Assembly: GCA_028817035.1 (NCBI GenBank)
Contig: JAPPQH010000015.1
Coordinates: 1,895 to 65,894 of the forward strand
From: Candidatus Campbellbacteria bacterium
GTDB lineage: Bacteria; Patescibacteriota; Minisyncoccia; Phycocordibacterales; JABAAK01
Length of the DNA stretch: 64,000 nt
Reading direction: 5' to 3'
Shown here: positions 7,130-16,482 of the stretch, piece after piece
Position numbering within the stretch: the stretch's first letter is position 1
Layout: each line of letters begins with the position of its first letter
The notes under the pieces: model-generated
What the model saw: only the letters and a program-made list of their open reading frames with translations
Databases searched by the model: none
Told to the model about the DNA's origin: nothing
Position numbers and translations under genes: made by a program

Positions 7130-9523
7130 ATGGAAAAACCTAAATTTAGAGGAGCAGATAGGAGGGGAACATCTATTTTAGAATCATCCCGAGAAAAAGA
7201 AATTTTGAAAAACTTTTCTCCAGAGGAAGCTAAGATTATAAAAGATAGAAAAAGTGTATTGTCAGCCTTGGGGTATTTCATAGGAAAAAATTTCTCTATG
7301 CCGATTGTTTTAGGATTGCCAAGTGAATCAAATCCGAGTGGTTGGCATTGGGGTAAGGCGAATGGAGAAAGTTATATACAAATAAACGCGAAAGATTTAC
7401 TGGAGAAACCCATGGATTATTTGCGTTATCTTATTTCTCACGAAGGTGGGCATGAGCGAGTTTCCAGAGTAGGATTTATACCTCCTGAAGAATGGAAACA
7501 GCCTGGTTTTGCTCTTATGATGAACTCCATTGAAGATCCCAGAATGAACAACTTTGTCGCAGAGGCATATCCTCCAATTCGAGGATTGATGCATAAAGTT
7601 TATAAAGAAGAGTTTGGATCTGAAAAGAAGGGTGAGGAGCTTGCAAAGCAAACTTTAGGTTTTCAACCACTACATGCCCAAGCTTCTAGTGAATATATAA
7701 AACAATGGATGAGGCAAGAAAAAGGGCGGGACTTTAAGATAGACGGGGGTTTGCCAAAAGAAGTGAAAGATGTTGTCAGAAAAACTCTATCATCAGCTGC
7801 TCGTTCATGGAGGCTTTTTCCAACCAAAGATATGGCTGATGGAAAAGAATATGATGAGCTGGGATCAACGGGCGAAGAGTCCATCGTCCAACACGCCCGT
7901 GCATCCTATGAAGTAAATAAAAATGAAATTTGGCCAGAATTCAGAAAATTAATTGCTCAAGATATTGAAGATCAAAAAATACAGGAAACCATACAAGATA
8001 TGAAAAATCAAAAAGGGCATGGGCAAGAACAAGCAGAAGAGCAAGAACAACAGCAAGGACAGGGAGGTGGACAAGGACAACAGCAGGAGCAAGAACAACA
8101 GCAAGGACAGGGAGGTGGACAAGGACAACAGCAGGAGCAAGAACAACAGCAAGGACAGGGAGGTGGACAAGGACAACAGCAGGAGCAAGAACAACAGCAA
8201 GGACAGGGAGGAGAAGGACAACAGCAGGAGCAGGGTGGTGCGTGCGCTGGGGGGCAATCACCAAGTATTCCCCAAAAATTAAAAGACAATCTTTCTTCTG
8301 AAGAACAAAGAGATTTAGAAAATGCCATCAATAACTCTCTTGGGCAGTCTGGGGAGGAGGGGCAGGGTGAAAGTAAAAATATCACACCAGTTCCCCTTGA
8401 CTCATTGTCAGAAGAATTAAAACAAAAAATAAGAGAATACATTGAGTCATTGCCCGAAGGCGAAAGAAGAGAGATTGAAGAAAGGGCAAGACAAGCCATA
8501 AAGGAATTTAATGATGCTTTAAATAAAGAGCTGGAGGGTAAGTTAACCAAAAATCCAGAAGAGATAGAGGCTGAACAAAAAGAACAGCAAGCACAAGCAC
8601 AAGAAACCCAAGAACAAGCAGAAGAGCAAGAACAACAGCAGGGACAGGGAGGAGTACAAGGACAACAGCAGGGGCAAGGACAGGAACAGCAAGAACAGCA
8701 AGAGCAAGTGCAAATATATGATGACACCGAAGGCGAACCATCCGAAAACAATGCTGCTAACCAAGAACCAGAAAAACACACTACCAGAAGGTGGAGAGAA
8801 CATTTTCGCCAAGATTTTCATGAGGATATGAATGCATATAGAGAATATCGCCAAAATTTATTAGCACTTATTAATAAAACAAAAAATGATTTTAAGCGCA
8901 TATTGATACCACAAAAGAGTACTTGGCAAGAGGGGCATAAGGTAGGAGGTAGAATCAATATCGGTCGACGCATTCAAGAAAAAGCAAAGGGTATTTCGGT
9001 AGTGGAAAGCAAGGCGTGGCAAAGAAGAGAACATCCAAAAAAAAATAGATATGCAATCTCTCTGCTGGTTGATTTGTCAGGCTCTATGTGGGGAAGAAGT
9101 ATCGAAGAAACCTTTAAATCAGTTATTGTGCTTGTTAATGTCTTGAACAGCTTGGGAATTAATACAGAAGTGCTTGGTTTTAATGATGAATTGAGTGAAT
9201 ATCAAAATTTTGGACAGCCAATGTCAGAAGAGGTAAGAGAAAAAATAAGCGGAATGATTCAAGCAGCTGACGGAGGAACTAATGTTTATCGTGCAACAGA
9301 TATTGCTTTGGAACGGCTCTCAAAACAAAGAGAAGAACAAAAGATGTTGATAACTCTCAGCGACGTTGAATTATCTGAACTACAGGATCTTGTAGAAGAA
9401 AAAGAGAAAACGCTTAAAAACACAAATATTACCCACATAGATATTGGTACGGTTGATGGCAAGACCGTTGGGGAAATTATAGAAAACATAAAAAAATTGA
9501 TTGAGAAAGAAAAGACAACATAA
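7130..9523 (+). CDS. Multidomain protein with three parts. N-terminal putative zincin-like metallopeptidase domain (HEGGHE = HExxH). Central Q/G/E-rich low-complexity linker with perfect tandem repeats. C-terminal von Willebrand A domain with a DxSGS MIDAS motif. Resembles the DUF2201_N + vWA architecture that pairs with MoxR-like ATPases
   Basis: LISHEGGHERV; (EQEQQQGQGGGQGQQQ)x3.7; vWA region LLVDLSGSMWG...GGTNVYRATDIA...LITLSDVE. Confidence 0.7.
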   Translation: MEKPKFRGADRRGTSILESSREKEILKNFSPEEAKIIKDRKSVLSALGYFIGKNFSMPIVLGLPSESNPSGWHWGKANGESYIQINAKDLLEKPMDYLRYLISHEGGHERVSRVGFIPPEEWKQPGFALMMNSIEDPRMNNFVAEAYPPIRGLMHKVYKEEFGSEKKGEELAKQTLGFQPLHAQASSEYIKQWMRQEKGRDFKIDGGLPKEVKDVVRKTLSSAARSWRLFPTKDMADGKEYDELGSTGEESIVQHARASYEVNKNEIWPEFRKLIAQDIEDQKIQETIQDMKNQKGHGQEQAEEQEQQQGQGGGQGQQQEQEQQQGQGGGQGQQQEQEQQQGQGGGQGQQQEQEQQQGQGGEGQQQEQGGACAGGQSPSIPQKLKDNLSSEEQRDLENAINNSLGQSGEEGQGESKNITPVPLDSLSEELKQKIREYIESLPEGERREIEERARQAIKEFNDALNKELEGKLTKNPEEIEAEQKEQQAQAQETQEQAEEQEQQQGQGGVQGQQQGQGQEQQEQQEQVQIYDDTEGEPSENNAANQEPEKHTTRRWREHFRQDFHEDMNAYREYRQNLLALINKTKNDFKRILIPQKSTWQEGHKVGGRINIGRRIQEKAKGISVVESKAWQRREHPKKNRYAISLLVDLSGSMWGRSIEETFKSVIVLVNVLNSLGINTEVLGFNDELSEYQNFGQPMSEEVREKISGMIQAADGGTNVYRATDIALERLSKQREEQKMLITLSDVELSELQDLVEEKEKTLKNTNITHIDIGTVDGKTVGEIIENIKKLIEKEKTT
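8042..8230 (+). repeat. Perfect 48-bp tandem repeat (about 3.7 copies) inside the vWA-protein gene. It encodes the 16-aa unit EQEQQQGQGGGQGQQQ. A diverged copy lies at about 8600-8700
   Basis: caagaacaacagcaaggacagggaggtggacaaggacaacagcaggag is repeated head-to-tail without mismatches. Confidence 0.9.
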
Positions 9524-9545
9524 GTATGATATTATTAATATATCT

Positions 9546-9968
9546 ATGGAAACCTTAGACACAGAAAAACTTCAGACCTTTATTTCTGCTATTCCATTAG
9601 TATCAAGAGAAGTTGGGTTGATTATCGCAGAAAACATGAAGGAGATGGATGGGTATTCTAATATTTTGGAAATGAATGGCATGACCAAATTGTCATCTTT
9701 TTTGGAATACAAAAATGTTAATAATGGCTATTATATTGTTGTTAACGAAGACAATTTCAAACAAACATACGACTTTGTGTGTCAGTACCCATCAACGATA
9801 ATTTCTTTGTTTGATCCTAAAACCGCAGAAACTATCGTAATACATCCCAATTACACACATCCAGTAATAGTTCTTATTGAAAAAGATGACTTGAACACAG
9901 TGCTGAAAAATTTTGATTTGTTTGGTCGAGTGGGTCTGGTTTATAGACCTAAGAACTTTTTGCAATAA
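9546..9968 (+). CDS. hypothetical protein (about 140 aa) between the vWA and AAA_5 genes. Possible third component of the module
   Basis: ORF tightly packed between 9523 and 9971. No recognisable motif. Confidence 0.4.
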   Translation: METLDTEKLQTFISAIPLVSREVGLIIAENMKEMDGYSNILEMNGMTKLSSFLEYKNVNNGYYIVVNEDNFKQTYDFVCQYPSTIISLFDPKTAETIVIHPNYTHPVIVLIEKDDLNTVLKNFDLFGRVGLVYRPKNFLQ

Positions 9969-9970
9969 TT

Positions 9971-12190
9971 ATGAAAATTATTAGGTCACAAGAAAAATTG
10001 GCTAAGGCAAGAAATGAAGTATCGGAAGCATCAACGCCAACAAAAAATCCGACATTGGGAAACTTGGATGGATTTAAAGAAGTGAGAGCAAGGTTAAGAG
10101 GTACCCCTGTAGAAGAAATGCTCACAAGCGTCTCTTACAGTGGTGTAAAGTTAGAAAAAGCTAAAGACCAAACAGGCGTTTGGGTCCCAAGGCGAGAAGA
10201 GTTTAAATTTTATGTTAATAGCAATCATTCTCTAAGATTACAAAAAGATATTGCTACAGCTTGGAGGTTAAGGCAGTCTATGCTTATTGAAGCAGGGACA
10301 TCTTATGGAAAAACTACAACTATTGAAAAAATGTGTGCCGAACTTGGGTATGAATATCACTATGTAAATCTCCATGAACAAATAGATGTAGAAAATTTCA
10401 TGGGTCGTTATATCCCCAACATAAATCGTAAAACAGAAAATGATCCAGAATATGTGTTTAAGTATGGACCTGTTTCAAGGGGTTTGATACAGGAAGAAGG
10501 CAAGGTGAAAGTGATAGTGCTTGACGAAATAAACACCGTAGAAGGTGGGGTTTTAAAAAGATTAAATGAAGTGCTTAATGCTGTTGAACGAAGCGGAACA
10601 GTAACTCTTACTGAAGATTCCTCAGAACAAATCCATGTCGACCGAGAAAAAACGATAATTATTGGCACAATGAATCCCAGTGGTGAGGACTATCATAGCA
10701 CAAAGCCTCTTTCCAAAGAGCTCATTAACCGTTTTTTATATAAGAAACTTGAAAAAATGACGGAAGAAGACATACATTCTATTATCATGACAATAAACGG
10801 CTTTTCGCATCACAACAACAGAGAAGAGGAACTTGCGATGGAAGCATATAAAGAAATTCCTGGTATAAAAGAAATGATTGAAAAATATGCAGAATTCCAT
10901 ATTGCTGTCCAAAAACTCTTGGAAAAAGGAGAATTGGCTACAGATCAAGATCAAAAAATTGTTTTTGACACTCATCGCGAACCTGAACGAATCAAAGAGC
11001 ATATAGCAGAATTCTATACAGGAGATATTAATGAAACAATGCAAGATGCATTGGACTTTACTTACCTGGGCAGATTATCTTCTAAAGAAGACAAAGAAAA
11101 AGTGAAAGAGTTGGCAAAGGTTGTCCGAGTAGAGATCAAGCCCAAAATATCTCAACGCCAAGGTCTTGAGAAAGCAGAAGTAGAGGGCAGGGATGCTGCA
11201 GAGTTTTTGGGTAAGTTCATTAATGTTCTTGATAATAATCCTAATCTAATAGATTCAATACATTGGAATTGGCATATTACCAACGAAGGTCATGTGGACA
11301 TGAAGGTTGGGGTATCCGATCTGAAAGAACTTGGTATAAATATAGATATTGATGCAATAGAAGGGTCAGACCAACCAATCTCATCATCCGTCAAGGAAGG
11401 TATGGGCATCAAAAACCTAATAAAGGAATTGGAAGGTAAGAATGTTCTCTCTGTAAGAACTGGAGATAATTGGAGGTTAAAAATCCTCCCAAAAGAATAT
11501 GGGGAACAAGAGGACAAAATAGGGCAAGAAATACTAAAAAAAGTAGGAGGCAGAGATCCGCAGATTTTGAATAAAATGTTTTCCAATCGAGAGCTTAAAA
11601 AGAATTTTGGTAAACAACATGATAGAGAAACTATTAAATGGATTTTTGGAAAAAGAGGGTTTATAGGGGTTCATGCTTTGGGCTTGGCTAAGTATGTGGA
11701 TAAAAACTATATTGATATGGCAACATCATATGATATAGGAGCAGAACAATACAGATCACAAGGTGTAGACCCCATGCTGAGGGTGATAGGAGACAGAAAG
11801 GTTGCTCTTTTAAATAATAAAAATATTTTTCAAATAAAAATCCTTCCAGAAAGTATATTTGATGAAATGCTTGGCCAAGGTTCTGGAAAGTTTCTGAAAA
11901 AGGTTGGTAAGATTTTCCCAAAAGATACTTTAGAAAAGTTTTCGTGGACGATTACCAACAAGGGTTTTGTGGATATGAAATGTAGTATAAAAACTCTGAA
12001 ATCTATGGGTGGAAGTGTTGATAAAGAAGTAAGTTACTTGCACAACCCAGAAAATGGAGAACCGTATGAGGAGCACTTTGGAGAGATACGCTCAACGGGT
12101 GAGGGTATAGGACCTCTGGGATCTGACTTATTGAATAAAAAAGTTGTCTCTTTAAATAGTAATGGTAACTGGGTATTAAAAATCCTTTAG
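9971..12190 (+). CDS. AAA_5 / MoxR-like AAA+ ATPase (N-terminal about 240 aa). The C-terminal about 500-aa extension contains an internal duplication of a module of roughly 110 aa
   Basis: Walker A AGTSYGKTT, Walker B VIVLDEIN, sensor IIIGTMNP. Repeats WHITNEGHVDMKVGVSDLKELG / WTITNKGFVDMKCSIKTLKSMG and LSVRTGDNWRLKILP / VSLNSNGNWVLKIL. Confidence 0.75.
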   Translation: MKIIRSQEKLAKARNEVSEASTPTKNPTLGNLDGFKEVRARLRGTPVEEMLTSVSYSGVKLEKAKDQTGVWVPRREEFKFYVNSNHSLRLQKDIATAWRLRQSMLIEAGTSYGKTTTIEKMCAELGYEYHYVNLHEQIDVENFMGRYIPNINRKTENDPEYVFKYGPVSRGLIQEEGKVKVIVLDEINTVEGGVLKRLNEVLNAVERSGTVTLTEDSSEQIHVDREKTIIIGTMNPSGEDYHSTKPLSKELINRFLYKKLEKMTEEDIHSIIMTINGFSHHNNREEELAMEAYKEIPGIKEMIEKYAEFHIAVQKLLEKGELATDQDQKIVFDTHREPERIKEHIAEFYTGDINETMQDALDFTYLGRLSSKEDKEKVKELAKVVRVEIKPKISQRQGLEKAEVEGRDAAEFLGKFINVLDNNPNLIDSIHWNWHITNEGHVDMKVGVSDLKELGINIDIDAIEGSDQPISSSVKEGMGIKNLIKELEGKNVLSVRTGDNWRLKILPKEYGEQEDKIGQEILKKVGGRDPQILNKMFSNRELKKNFGKQHDRETIKWIFGKRGFIGVHALGLAKYVDKNYIDMATSYDIGAEQYRSQGVDPMLRVIGDRKVALLNNKNIFQIKILPESIFDEMLGQGSGKFLKKVGKIFPKDTLEKFSWTITNKGFVDMKCSIKTLKSMGGSVDKEVSYLHNPENGEPYEEHFGEIRSTGEGIGPLGSDLLNKKVVSLNSNGNWVLKIL

Positions 12191-12202
12191 CAAAATAAAA
12201 AA

Positions 12203-12231
12203 TAGTCCCTCAAGAGAAGGACTATTTTTTA
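12203..12231. terminator. Bidirectional intrinsic terminator (tagtcc-N-ggacta flanked by A-run and T-run) between the convergent AAA_5 and hup genes
   Basis: Hairpin with aaaaaa upstream and tttttt downstream. Confidence 0.55.
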
Positions 12232-12246
12232 TTGAAAAAACAGGGT

Positions 12247-12525
12247 TTATTTTTTCGCAACTGCCTCCTTAAATGGCTTTGCTACCCTGAATTTTACAAC
12301 TCTTGAAGCGGCTATTTTTATTGATTCACCTGTTTTTGGATTTCTTCCCATTCGTGCTGCGCGCGCTTTTGAGACGAATGCTCCAAATCCAGCAATGGCG
12401 ACTTCGTCACCTTTAACCACTGAATCCATGATTGTGCTAAACACAAAGTTTACAAGGCGTTCCGCTTCGGCTTTTGAACAGCCGCATTCTTCGCTTACTT
12501 GTTCTACAAGAAGTGCTTTATTCAT
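12247..12525 (-). CDS. hup: HU-family nucleoid-associated DNA-binding protein
   Basis: MNKALLVEQVSEE...GFGAFVSKARAARMGRNPKTGESIKIAASRVVKF is a close match to HU/IHF signatures. Confidence 0.85.
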   Translation of the reverse strand: MNKALLVEQVSEECGCSKAEAERLVNFVFSTIMDSVVKGDEVAIAGFGAFVSKARAARMGRNPKTGESIKIAASRVVKFRVAKPFKEAVAKK

Positions 12526-12634
12526 AAGAGCTCTTTATTTTCTTTATATGGCTTGTTAAACAGGGGTTTTTCCCTGATAGTATTAGTATATTATAGAAAT
12601 ACACATATAGCAAAATATAGGGTTTATTGGGGTA

Positions 12635-13219
12635 TTAGTCTTTATTTGTGTATACTTGGTCAATTATCCCGTAAACCTTAGCTTTTTGGGCTGTCATAAA
12701 GAAATCTCTTTCTACATCTTCCGCTATTTTTTCAAGGGTTTGGCTGGTATTTTTGGCTAATATCTTGTTTAAGCGCTCTTTTGAGTCAATTATATGCTGG
12801 GCGCGTATGTTTATATCTGTTGCTTGTCCTTCAATACCGGATGCATGTGGCTGGTGAATCATTATTTCTGAGTTTGGCAGTGCGGTCCTTTTTCCTTTCT
12901 CGCCGGCAGAGAGGACGATTGCTGCACCAGATGCCGCCAAGCCCACACAGGTTGTGGTAACTGGTGGTTTGATAAATTTCATCGTGTCCAGTATCGCGAG
13001 TGTTGATGATACAGATCCTCCAGGGGAGTTTATGTATATTGATATTTCTTTTTTGTTATCTTCAGAAGCAAGAAAAAGAAGCTGGGCTATTATGAGGTTT
13101 GCCATGCTGTCTTCAATAACTCCTCCTAAAAATATAATCCTGTCTTTCAGCAAGCGGGAATATATGTCGTAAGCCCTTTCGCCTTTGTTTGTATTTTCAA
13201 TTACTGTTGGTATTAACAT
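12635..13219 (-). CDS. clpP: ATP-dependent Clp protease proteolytic subunit ClpP
   Basis: IPTVIE...[19 protein letters not shown]...GLAASGAA...IMIHQP; ATG at 13219. Confidence 0.85.
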   Translation of the reverse strand: MLIPTVIENTNKGERAYDIYSRLLKDRIIFLGGVIEDSMANLIIAQLLFLASEDNKKEISIYINSPGGSVSSTLAILDTMKFIKPPVTTTCVGLAASGAAIVLSAGEKGKRTALPNSEIMIHQPHASGIEGQATDINIRAQHIIDSKERLNKILAKNTSQTLEKIAEDVERDFFMTAQKAKVYGIIDQVYTNKD

Positions 13220-13256
13220 AGTTTTTATATTAATGTCATTCAATACTTTTGTCAAC

Positions 13257-14216
13257 TTATATCGTTGTTGGTATCAATTCTTCAAGAAAATTAAAAACTT
13301 TCTCATTTCTCAATACGGCTTCTATATATGGTCTTAGCTGTTTTTCATCGGCATCTTTGTAATGCTTTTTTACTTTCGCCAGATGCTCCTCAATTTCTTT
13401 TTCATCTGGTTTTATGTTTTCTTTTCTTGCTATCTTCTCAATAATTAATTCCATTATTATTCTTTCCTTTGCTTCTCCTTTCCATTTTTCACGCAACTCT
13501 TCTTTTGTTATGTTTTCTTTTTTCAGGTAGTCCTCAAATGTCATTCCCATCTTTTCTGTGTCTTCTTTTATTCTTGAAATCATTATTTCCAGTTTTGAAT
13601 TGATAAGAATTTCAGGAACTTCCAATGAAACAGCGCCAACAATTGCTTTTGCGATACGAACACGCCTTCTTTGTTTTGCCATTTCTGTTTTTCCTTTCAT
13701 TATCGCTTCCTCTGCGTGTTTTCTAAGGTCTTCCTCGTTTGTTTGGTCGTCTTTTTTTAATTGTGATACGAAATCTTCAATTTCTTTTTTCTCCACCTTT
13801 GGCGGATCTTCTGGTATTTGTTGTCTTGATATTGCTTTGTAGTCGGGCAGTTCAAAATTTGGAATTATTATCATCTCAATTTCAAAAGGTATGTCTATGC
13901 CTTTCGCCATCTTTTTGAAAACAACTCGCGGCTCTCCTATCACATCAAGTTTTTCTTTTTTTAATATGTCAATGTATGTTTTTTTTATTATAGATTCTGC
14001 TACACGCGATATAACCTGCATCTCGCCTCCGAAGTGCTCTACAACCTTGTCATCTGGCGCTTTTCCAACCCTAAAACCTGAAATTTCTACGGTCTTTTTG
14101 GCATTCTGAAGAAACCCATCAAAATTACTTTCTATTTCTTTTTGAGGGATTGTGCCGCTTACTTTTGCAGATGTGTCTTTTCTGACAACCTCTATGTTCC
14201 ATTCGCTTGTATCCAT
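13257..14216 (-). CDS. tig: Trigger factor (short form, N-terminal ribosome-binding and C-terminal chaperone regions, no obvious PPIase insert)
   Basis: [20 protein letters not shown] matches the trigger factor GFRKGKVP signature. Located upstream of clpP as in the canonical tig-clpP arrangement. Confidence 0.7.
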   Translation of the reverse strand: MDTSEWNIEVVRKDTSAKVSGTIPQKEIESNFDGFLQNAKKTVEISGFRVGKAPDDKVVEHFGGEMQVISRVAESIIKKTYIDILKKEKLDVIGEPRVVFKKMAKGIDIPFEIEMIIIPNFELPDYKAISRQQIPEDPPKVEKKEIEDFVSQLKKDDQTNEEDLRKHAEEAIMKGKTEMAKQRRRVRIAKAIVGAVSLEVPEILINSKLEIMISRIKEDTEKMGMTFEDYLKKENITKEELREKWKGEAKERIIMELIIEKIARKENIKPDEKEIEEHLAKVKKHYKDADEKQLRPYIEAVLRNEKVFNFLEELIPTTI

Positions 14217-14471
14217 TTATGGTATTTGTGGTGCCTCTGTTGGCGGATCGCTCAGAATTTCCCAGTTTGTTCTTCCGTTGTCTTCAACTATTGCGGTTTC
14301 GTCCTCGTAATCAACTGCTTCTATTATTTCTATGTCAACTTCTTCCTGTATCGCTTCTCTTTGTTCAACTCTAGACTTGTATGCATTGTATAGTGTAAAT
14401 AAGCCACCTATAATAAAAACACCTATTATTATAAAAATTGCTACTACTGGTCCATACTCAAAATCAGCCAT
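14217..14471 (-). CDS. small membrane protein (hypothetical, one TM helix plus acidic tail)
   Basis: ORF only. Hydrophobic segment VVAIFIIIGVFIIGGLFTLY. Confidence 0.35.
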   Translation of the reverse strand: MADFEYGPVVAIFIIIGVFIIGGLFTLYNAYKSRVEQREAIQEEVDIEIIEAVDYEDETAIVEDNGRTNWEILSDPPTEAPQIP

Positions 14472-14514
14472 ATAAAAAATAGTACCACGAAAGTAAAAAT
14501 AATTCTACTTCTCC

Positions 14515-15033
14515 CTATTTTGACTTTTCGTACATCTCTCTCGCCTCCTCAAATGCTTTTTTCGCTTCCTCTGCGCCTTCATATCCTTTAATCTCTACTT
14601 TTACATTTTGCAGACCTTTGTATGTCTCAAAGAAGTGTGCGACTTCTTTTAGTGTGTGAGAGTTTATGTCGTCTATGTCCTTGACTTTGTCCCATCTTGG
14701 ATCATGTGTTGGAACTGCTATTACCTTATCGTCTGAGTCGCCGTCGTCTATCATTTTTAAGAGTCCGACAAAACGAGCCCTAACCACGATGCCTGGAGAG
14801 AGGGGAAATGTGGTAAGAACTACGCAGTCAAGCGGGTCGTCATCATACCAAAGGGTCTGTGGGATAAACCCATAATCTACGGGATAGTCCTGTGCTGTGT
14901 GAAGTGCTCTGTCAAGCGCGATGAGCCCCGTTTTTTTGTCTATCTCGTATTTGTTTCTTGAATGGCGCGGTATCTCAATTATTACTGTTGCCTTTTCTTT
15001 GTTTCCTGGGTCTATTTCGTGTATAAGATTCAT
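14515..15033 (-). CDS. ppa: Inorganic pyrophosphatase (family I)
   Basis: EIPRHSRNKYEID...DGDPLDCVVL...DDKVIAV motifs. Confidence 0.85.
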   Translation of the reverse strand: MNLIHEIDPGNKEKATVIIEIPRHSRNKYEIDKKTGLIALDRALHTAQDYPVDYGFIPQTLWYDDDPLDCVVLTTFPLSPGIVVRARFVGLLKMIDDGDSDDKVIAVPTHDPRWDKVKDIDDINSHTLKEVAHFFETYKGLQNVKVEIKGYEGAEEAKKAFEEAREMYEKSK

Positions 15034-15057
15034 AATCGTTTTTTAGTATATCACAAA

Positions 15058-16380
15058 TTAATCTGACTTTTTTGCACTTGAGCTTTCACCTTCACTTTCT
15101 TCTTTGCTTTCAGTTTCACCGACTTCATTTTCACTGACTTCATTTTCTTTTGTCACCTCGCTGTCTTTCGCTTCGCTCACTTCGTCATTGTCCGCTTCTT
15201 TCTCTTCAGCATCAGCAGAAGCACCAACACCTTCACCAACACCTTCACCCTCACCACCTGTTTCTGCATCATCTGTCGCGCCTTCAACTTTCACCGACTC
15301 AATGTCTATGCTCCATCCTGTGAGTTTCGCGGCAAGACGAACATTTTGTCCGCCATGTCCTATTGAAAGTGATATTTGGTCTTCTGGAACAAAAACTTTG
15401 GCGCTGTTGTTCTCTTCATCCAAATCTATGGATGTGATTCTTGCTGGGGATAATGCTTCCTCTATGAAGGTGGCTGGGTTTGCTGACCATTCTATTACAT
15501 CTATTCTTTCTCCATGTAGTTCGCCTGTTACCATTGAAACTCTTACACCGTGTTGACCTATGAGTGCGCCTACAGGGTCAATCCTGTCGTTATCACTTGT
15601 TACTGAAATTTTTGTCCTTGAACCTGCTTCACGGGCTATGGACTTTATGGTGACATTTCCGTTTGCAACCTCTGGGGACTCAAGCTCAAACAGTTTTACC
15701 ACAAACTCTGGTGCGCTTCTTGAAAGGGTGACAAAATTTCCTCTGCTTGCCTCTGTGTTTACATTAAGAACATACGCTTTTATGATTTCCCCTTGCTTGA
15801 ATCTTTCGTTGGGTATCTGTTCGTTGTAGGGAAGTATCGCCATTGTTCTTCCAAGATCTATAAGTATATTTCTTCTTTCAAATCGTCTGACCGATCCAGA
15901 AACAATAGTCCCTTCTTTTTCTGAGAATTCGCTAATCACAGTTTCTTTTTCTGCTTCGCGTAGTTTTTGTGTGATTATTTGTTTTGCGTTCTGTGTCGCG
16001 ATTCTTCCAAAAGAAGAATTCTTTTTGATGGGAAAACTAAGCGCCTCGCCAACTTCTATGCTACCTTTTATTTTTTTTGCATCCTCAAGCATTATGTGTC
16101 TTTCGGGATTGAAATGAACTCGCGTGTCTTCCTCGCTCTCCACCTTTTCTCCCTCGGGTAAAATTCCCGACTCATCTATCACAATTTTTTTCTGCTCAAA
16201 AGAGATGTCCCCCGTGTCTGTGTTGAAGGTTGCTTCAATTATTTGGTCGGGCTTGCCGTATTCTTTTTTGTAAGCACTCTCAAGAGCCCGCTCAATAGCG
16301 TCTATAAGGTGTGCGCGTGGAATACCACGCTCTTCTTCTATTTGGTCTATTGCGACTTTTAATGTTTTTAAATCAAGCAT
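15058..16380 (-). CDS. nusA: Transcription termination/antitermination factor NusA with acidic C-terminal tail
   Basis: N-terminal, S1 and KH regions recognisable (LKVAIDQIEEERGIPRAHLIDAIERAL...). ATG at 16380. Confidence 0.85.
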   Translation of the reverse strand: MLDLKTLKVAIDQIEEERGIPRAHLIDAIERALESAYKKEYGKPDQIIEATFNTDTGDISFEQKKIVIDESGILPEGEKVESEEDTRVHFNPERHIMLEDAKKIKGSIEVGEALSFPIKKNSSFGRIATQNAKQIITQKLREAEKETVISEFSEKEGTIVSGSVRRFERRNILIDLGRTMAILPYNEQIPNERFKQGEIIKAYVLNVNTEASRGNFVTLSRSAPEFVVKLFELESPEVANGNVTIKSIAREAGSRTKISVTSDNDRIDPVGALIGQHGVRVSMVTGELHGERIDVIEWSANPATFIEEALSPARITSIDLDEENNSAKVFVPEDQISLSIGHGGQNVRLAAKLTGWSIDIESVKVEGATDDAETGGEGEGVGEGVGASADAEEKEADNDEVSEAKDSEVTKENEVSENEVGETESKEESEGESSSAKKSD

Positions 16381-16482
16381 ATCAATAAAAAACCGACGCA
16401 AGCGCGTACGGCATTAATCTACCCCCTAACTCTATATTATTTAGCAGGTTTTAGTCAAGTGGTGATATAATGATTTACATAT

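Noticed and set aside
7941-8781. Minus-strand ORFs of 107, 102 and 257 aa (poly-Leu/Cys-rich)
   Set aside because: Antisense to the vWA gene; low-complexity artefacts of the Q/G/E-coding tandem repeats
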